Shown here: positions 58,097-64,000 of the stretch, piece by piece
Layout of the letters: every line of letters begins with the position of its first letter
Numbering within the stretch: position 1 is the stretch's first letter
Source of the DNA: Azolla caroliniana
Taxonomy: Eukaryota > Plantae > Polypodiophyta
Direction of reading: 5' to 3'
NCBI GenBank assembly: GCA_043228905.1
Contig: JBHGNT010000004.1
Location: 1,364,001 to 1,428,000 of the forward strand
DNA: 64,000 bases
Made by a program: the position numbers and the translations under genes
The notes under the pieces: generated by a model
Database searches by the model: none
The model's input: only the letters and a program-made list of their open reading frames with translations
Told to the model about the DNA's origin: nothing

Positions 58097-59847
58097 AATG
58101 TTAGAGAATGCGCATTCACGAATGGTACGTATGCTTCATACTATGTAAATATGTACGTGTGTGTGTGTGTGTGTATGCATGTATAAAATTGTGAATGGTT
58201 GAAACCTCCAAATTTGGTGTTGGTCACAAGAAGAATTATTAAGAATGGGGATAAAAGAAAATTTTGAAAGACGAAGGAAGAGAGGGGGAGATGTGAAGGA
58301 TTGATTACTTTCCTTCCTTACCCATCTTCAATTGTTCTCCTTCTCCTTTCACTTATTCCCTGTGTAGTTTGCTTTTTTTTTTTACTTGTGTTGCCCCGCC
58401 CCGCCCGCCCATCAGGCGTTCTTTTCTCTTCGATGTCTGCCCACTTCTCAATTATAATGGATGATGTCCTCTGCACAAAAGAAAATAAAAGGAAAAAGAA
58501 AACTATATTGACCCCACCCCCATCCCATGCACACATATCTCGAGTCTGCTTGACTATGTCCTCCCTCTTATCAAAATAACAAATGAAAAGGATTTTGGCG
58601 CCTCTGTGCATACATCCTTTTATATTCAGCAATGCGTAAACTTTTTGTTTTGTTGAATCTTGTTCGGGATCCTAGCCTTCTATTCATTCTACCAAATGGC
58701 AAATAGTGCAAAGTTTTGGCCAACGGGAGGAGGGAATCGTATTAGGGTTTATATTTAGTGGGCCGTTTAGTTTGAGAATATGAGGCATATGTTTAGGTCG
58801 AAATGTAAAATGGTTTGCATTTGATATATGGCTAATAAAGCTATCCTAGAGAAGGCCATCAATGCTACACTTAATATTGTCATATTCTATTTTCACATTC
58901 ACCGTTTATATAAAATCCTACACACACTAATAAACAAAAAAAACACTAGTATTCACTTATTAGAAAATAACATTAATAAAGAAAAAACTCAAAAGTGATC
59001 AGCGGGCTACACTAGGGTGATCTTCAGACTAACAATCACATGGAGAAACCTTATTAATAAATAGTAATAGGAGATCATTGCATAGAGGAGATGGGAGATA
59101 AAAAGAGCGTTATGTTTAAGGATATATAGTTAGTGCCTAAACATGATTGGATAGTCATTACATGCAATTAATAATTCTACTAACAATATTTTTAAAGATA
59201 AACTACTTGTCTTATTTTACTTGGTTTACTTTATTGCAAACACAACACATAAGAAAAACTAGACAATAAACATGAATCACAATCATTTTGGCAAAGTGCT
59301 TGTAATGATTTTATTACTGCCAATTATATAAAAAATCGCAATGCACTTATATCACAAGCTCAATTAACAAATTTGCTAGATGAAACTCTATCAACACGTT
59401 ATTGAGGTTCCTTTTTCCATGACGAGGTTGAAGTTGATAATCCAGGGGTTACTATAGTGTCTACAACAATTACAACTTTAGAATTTTCACTTGGTTTGGT
59501 AGATGATGTGAATTTTCATCATGAATTTTAGCCAAAAGAAGTCTATGGTCTTATATAGGCTTGGGGTTTAGTAGGTTTTCCATGGGGGGTGATTGGCTCG
59601 AGGTTAGACCCATTGCTAAGAGTTCTGTTGAAGATCATCTATTGTGAGGAAGTATACCGATTAGGCATTTTGTGCAATCTTACATTTATTTCAATCACAT
59701 GATCTTATTTGAAAATACAAGGTTCCCATAGACATTGGTTGGGCATTGTCAATGTGCATGGTGACTTCATACAAAAAGAACCCTACCCATTGGATAATGG
59801 TCACTTCAGTTCTACAATTATAATTCTGAAAATTATTGTGTGTGTGC

Positions 59848-59884
<37 letters not shown>

Positions 59885-60333
59885 GGATTGTTCAAGAAAT
59901 CAATATGATCAATTCTAAGGTTGACCAAGCATTTTGGGAAATAATGAGAACATAGGGGCCTTTCAGAGTTCTTCCATCAATAAAACCACGTGATGCATGC
60001 CTATGTGATGCAAGGCATGCATGCTCTACTACCTCCCTAACACTGAGAAATTTCTTGAAAGATTTGAACTCTAGGATTTGGACCTAATACAACAAGCAAT
60101 AAATGAGGTTGTTCATGAATCATGGAATTCTTGCACATTAGTGAATCCAATCAGTTGTCGGTTAATTAATGTATGATACGTACATAGCTCCATATCTTGC
60201 ATAACTTGCTTATGGAGGGAGCTTCATAGCTTCCAATGGGCACTATTAACATTTCTAGATTTACTTATCAATTGATGGATCTTCTCTCTCTTTAACTCTA
60301 ATTTACATTCTGAGTTCCAAATGGTTATATAAT

Positions 60334-63072
60334 TCACCATGTCTTACCAAGCTGCCCCAACAAAACCTCAATCTGGTCAAGCTGTGGATATTCATCATCC
60401 TCACCCTGAAACTCATAATCCTTTGTCTTCATCTCTTTAACGCCCGTTCTTTGCATTTCTGCTTTCGTCTTAAGCTGCAATATCCTTTGAACATCAACCC
60501 ACATGCTGGTATCAATGTACATATCTGACATGAGAACATAACTTGAGGCATCTTTGGGATCAAGTTGCTGGGAATAACCAAAACAACGTTCACCAATATC
60601 CTTGTTTCCATATAATTTACAGCTTGTAAGAAGAGACATCCATATTACAAGGTCGGGATGGATTGGAATGCTTTGGAGAAGATCTTCGGCATCTTCCAAG
60701 CATCCCATCCGGCTAAGAAGATCGACCAAGCAACTATAGTGTTCAATGCTTGGTGTGATATCATGATCCTCTCTCATACATGTAAAGAACCAACAACCTT
60801 CATGCAATTCACCAGCATGGCTGCAGGTTGTAAGAACATTTGTAAAGGTGACATCATCTGGTTTCATACCATCTTGTTGCATGGTTTTGAGGGATTTCTT
60901 TACTTGGTCCCATTCACTACACCAAGCATATCCAGCAATCATTGAGCTCCACGATACCTCATCTTTACTCTTTATTCCATCAAATACTGCCTGAGCATCA
61001 TTCAAACTACCCATTTTTGCATACATATCAAGAAGAGTGTTGCAAACTACTAAATCCAACTCAAGACCCACTTCAATTATCCCATTATGTAGCACTTGAC
61101 CTTGCTCAAGTGCACCAAGGCTAGCACATGCTTGCAGAAGACCTAGAAATACAACTCTGTTAACAATCTCTATGCCCTCCTCATTTGTGCTTTCAAAGAG
61201 TTGAAGTGCAGCTAGACCACATCCATGTTGGGCATACCCTGAAATCATTGTTGCCCAACTTACAACATCACGAGAAGTCAAATTATCAAAAATTCTACGA
61301 GCTTCTTCTATACTACCACACTTCGCATATAAATCAACAAGTGTATTACCCACGACAATATGTGATTCACAACCATCACGAATAGCTTCATCATGTATTA
61401 GTCTTCCCTGCTCTAGTTCCCTAATGCTTGTACAAGCTTGCAAAACAGAGGCAAACAACACTTTATCAGGGATAACATTCTCTTCCTGCATTTTTTTATA
61501 TAGTTCAAGAGCGGGAACTCCAAGCCCATGTTGGGCATAGCCTGCAACCATTGCACCCCAAACGACAATATTTCGATTGGGTAGGCCATCAAATACTTCG
61601 CGAGCCTCCTCAAGGCTACCACATTTAGCATACATGTCAATAAGAGTGCTACCAATTAATACATCAAACATAAGTCTTGTATGAGCAATCTGGTCATGAA
61701 TTATTCTACCTTGATCTAAGTTCCCTGTACTTGCACATGCTTTCAAGACACCTAAGAAGGAGACTTTGCTTGGAGTTACCCCTTCTTCTTGCATTTTGTT
61801 AAACAAATCAAGGGCAGGTTGACCATCCCCATGGTGAGCATATCCAGAGATCATTACACTCCATGATATAACATCACGGTTCTTTACATTTTGAAAGATT
61901 CTGTGTGCATCTATGAGGCATCCACACTTCGCATATACATCAACAAGGGTGTTCCCAACCATGGTATTAGCTTCAAGTCCAGCTCTTATTATAAGATCAT
62001 GCATAATCATGCACTGCCTCCAAACACCCATGCTGCCGCAAGCTTTCAAAATACGTAAACAAGAGGGTTTGTCTGGTTGCATGCCTCCTATTTTCATTTT
62101 CTCAAAAAAATCCATAGCTTTATCATAAAAACCATGCTCCATATACCCTCCAATCATCTCACCCCACATTTGCACATTTTTGTACTGAGTTTTTTCAAAA
62201 ACCTTTTGCGCCTCTTCAACTAGTCCGAACAAAGCATACATATTGATGAGTGCACTCCCAATAAAAGCATCAATCACCATATCTAGTTTTTCAATCTTAT
62301 CATGGATTAGTCGTCCTAATCCTAGAGCTCTAGTATTTCCACAAGCTTTCAAAGTGCATGAGAGGACCACTCTACTAGGAGTAACATCTTTATATTGCAT
62401 CTTCTCAAATACCTCAAGAGCAGACTGATAGCAATCATATGTGACATATCCAGAAATCATCACACTCCATGTTATTATATCTTGATTTGGAAGTCCTTCA
62501 AATACACAACGAGCTTCCTCTAAGCTCCCACACTTCGCGTACATGTCTATGATAGTATTTCCAATCCCAGAATCAACCTCTAATCCACATTGGATGATCT
62601 CATTATGAATAGTCCTCCCAGATTGTATCGCTCGTAAAATGCTACAAGCTTTTAAAACATATAAAAAAGTGACTTTATCAGGCATCACTTCTTGTTCCAT
62701 CTTCATAAACAAATCAAGAGCTGCATTACTTTCCCCGAGATTAACATGAGCTGAAATGATTGCATTCCATGTAAAGATACTAGGCATTGGAATCTTGAGA
62801 AATGCTCTGTTTGCTTCCACTAAACTCCCACATAAAGTAAACACTCGTATGAGATGGTCTCCTAAAGGGGTGACAAAGTTGAGGCCATTGCTAATCATAA
62901 GGGAGTTCACAAACCTGCTTGATGTTAGATCTTTCTTGCTTAGACATTTTTGTAAAAGATCATAGATGACATCCCGAGATATAGAATGATTTTCTTTGTT
63001 CATCAGCTTCACATCTTGCAATTCCCTAGAAAACACCTCATCGTGATGTGGGCTAATACCACAATAATACAT
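60334..63072 (-). CDS. PLS-class PPR protein with E domain and no DYW (organellar RNA editing/processing factor)
   Basis: Uninterrupted 912-aa ORF with repeated LIDMYAKCGSLEEAR..VF / W..MISGY P-L-S motifs, ending HYSCLVDLLSRMG and W.SLLTSC...YVLMSDMY. No PG box or HxE/CxxC. The true start may be upstream via an intron. Confidence 0.93.
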   Translation of the reverse strand: MYYCGISPHHDEVFSRELQDVKLMNKENHSISRDVIYDLLQKCLSKKDLTSSRFVNSLMISNGLNFVTPLGDHLIRVFTLCGSLVEANRAFLKIPMPSIFTWNAIISAHVNLGESNAALDLFMKMEQEVMPDKVTFLYVLKACSILRAIQSGRTIHNEIIQCGLEVDSGIGNTIIDMYAKCGSLEEARCVFEGLPNQDIITWSVMISGYVTYDCYQSALEVFEKMQYKDVTPSRVVLSCTLKACGNTRALGLGRLIHDKIEKLDMVIDAFIGSALINMYALFGLVEEAQKVFEKTQYKNVQMWGEMIGGYMEHGFYDKAMDFFEKMKIGGMQPDKPSCLRILKACGSMGVWRQCMIMHDLIIRAGLEANTMVGNTLVDVYAKCGCLIDAHRIFQNVKNRDVISWSVMISGYAHHGDGQPALDLFNKMQEEGVTPSKVSFLGVLKACASTGNLDQGRIIHDQIAHTRLMFDVLIGSTLIDMYAKCGSLEEAREVFDGLPNRNIVVWGAMVAGYAQHGLGVPALELYKKMQEENVIPDKVLFASVLQACTSIRELEQGRLIHDEAIRDGCESHIVVGNTLVDLYAKCGSIEEARRIFDNLTSRDVVSWATMISGYAQHGCGLAALQLFESTNEEGIEIVNRVVFLGLLQACASLGALEQGQVLHNGIIEVGLELDLVVCNTLLDMYAKMGSLNDAQAVFDGIKSKDEVSWSSMIAGYAWCSEWDQVKKSLKTMQQDGMKPDDVTFTNVLTTCSHAGELHEGCWFFTCMREDHDITPSIEHYSCLVDLLSRMGCLEDAEDLLQSIPIHPDLVIWMSLLTSCKLYGNKDIGERCFGYSQQLDPKDASSYVLMSDMYIDTSMWVDVQRILQLKTKAEMQRTGVKEMKTKDYEFQGEDDEYPQLDQIEVLLGQLGKTW

Positions 63073-64000
63073 TCCCTTTGGGTAGAACTAGAAACAAAGA
63101 TAGAAACAAGTATTTCTGAGCCGTCATTCATTTCTAAAACTTGGATGAACTTGTAATTCACAACCCATGTGTAAATCATATCAAGGAAACGAGTAATAAA
63201 GGTTTTATTAGAGAAGCTATAATATTCAACTCTTTCAACCCAGAAATTGAAATAGAATGTACACATATGTTTATAGGAAAGGCTATTAATAAAGCGTAGA
63301 ATCATTTGAAATGAAATATAAACATTTTTTTTCGAGGGAACTTTATAGCATTCCACCCTTGAAACCAACAATAAAACATAAAGTTAAGTGACATGAAATA
63401 TACACATATCTTTAGGAAAAGCTCCAAATAAATCAATAAAATCCCTTTTGACGCTTTAAAGACTAACTGCAAATTGATATGAAATATAAACAAATATTCT
63501 GTACATTATCCTACCCTGTTAATCATACAATCTAATTTCATGTGAAAATGGAAGGAACACATGTATTTACGGGAAAGCCTACATATATTTATATACATTG
63601 TACATTAATCTTACTCCATGGGTTTGCTGGTGAGTTCGATTCCTCAAGGAAGAGATCATCATTCTTCAGCAGCTACATTTTCTAGAGTTAAAAAAACACT
63701 AGGTTTTTTCTAGGGTTAAAAACATTACTTCTCTGAAAAAGAGCCAATCAAAGGAAAGGGAATTTCACCCTAATGCATGAGAGACCAGTCAGAGAAAACA
63801 ACCCTCGAGTGCGACATATGAAGAGAGAGAGTTGATGATCATCCATCGCCAATAAGCATAATGAGAGAATGTTTCACCATCTCTGAGTGGGCATATTTCC
63901 TGAGGATTGGTATAAATGGTGCAAAGTCGAAACCTGGGAATGAAAAGCTTGGGATTACAGAGGACGCAGGATGAACTGAAAGATCCATTCTTTTACTCTC

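Overview
This is eukaryotic land-plant nuclear DNA. GT-AG introns, a PLS-class PPR gene and RTEX-like LINEs suggest a non-seed vascular plant such as a fern (inference). Host genes: cytochrome b5 (3 exons), a complete LAZY/IGT-family gene (5 exons, only fragmented in the ORF track), RPL13a/uL13 (5 exons), a WDR48/LRS1-like WD40 gene (minus), a PLS-E PPR gene (minus), two tRNA-Lys genes and a tRNA-Cys pseudogene. The first 15 kb is a transposon nest: an L1-type LINE next to an RTEX-like LINE carrying two hAT-type MITEs and a solo LTR. The most unusual item is at 436-3663. It is a spliced gene of about 930+ aa that fuses a ParB/Srx-like domain to a bacterial/phage-type beta-class N4C/N6A DNA methyltransferase. 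This copy is disabled only by four probable C-to-T stop codons. All calls are by eye; no database searches were run.
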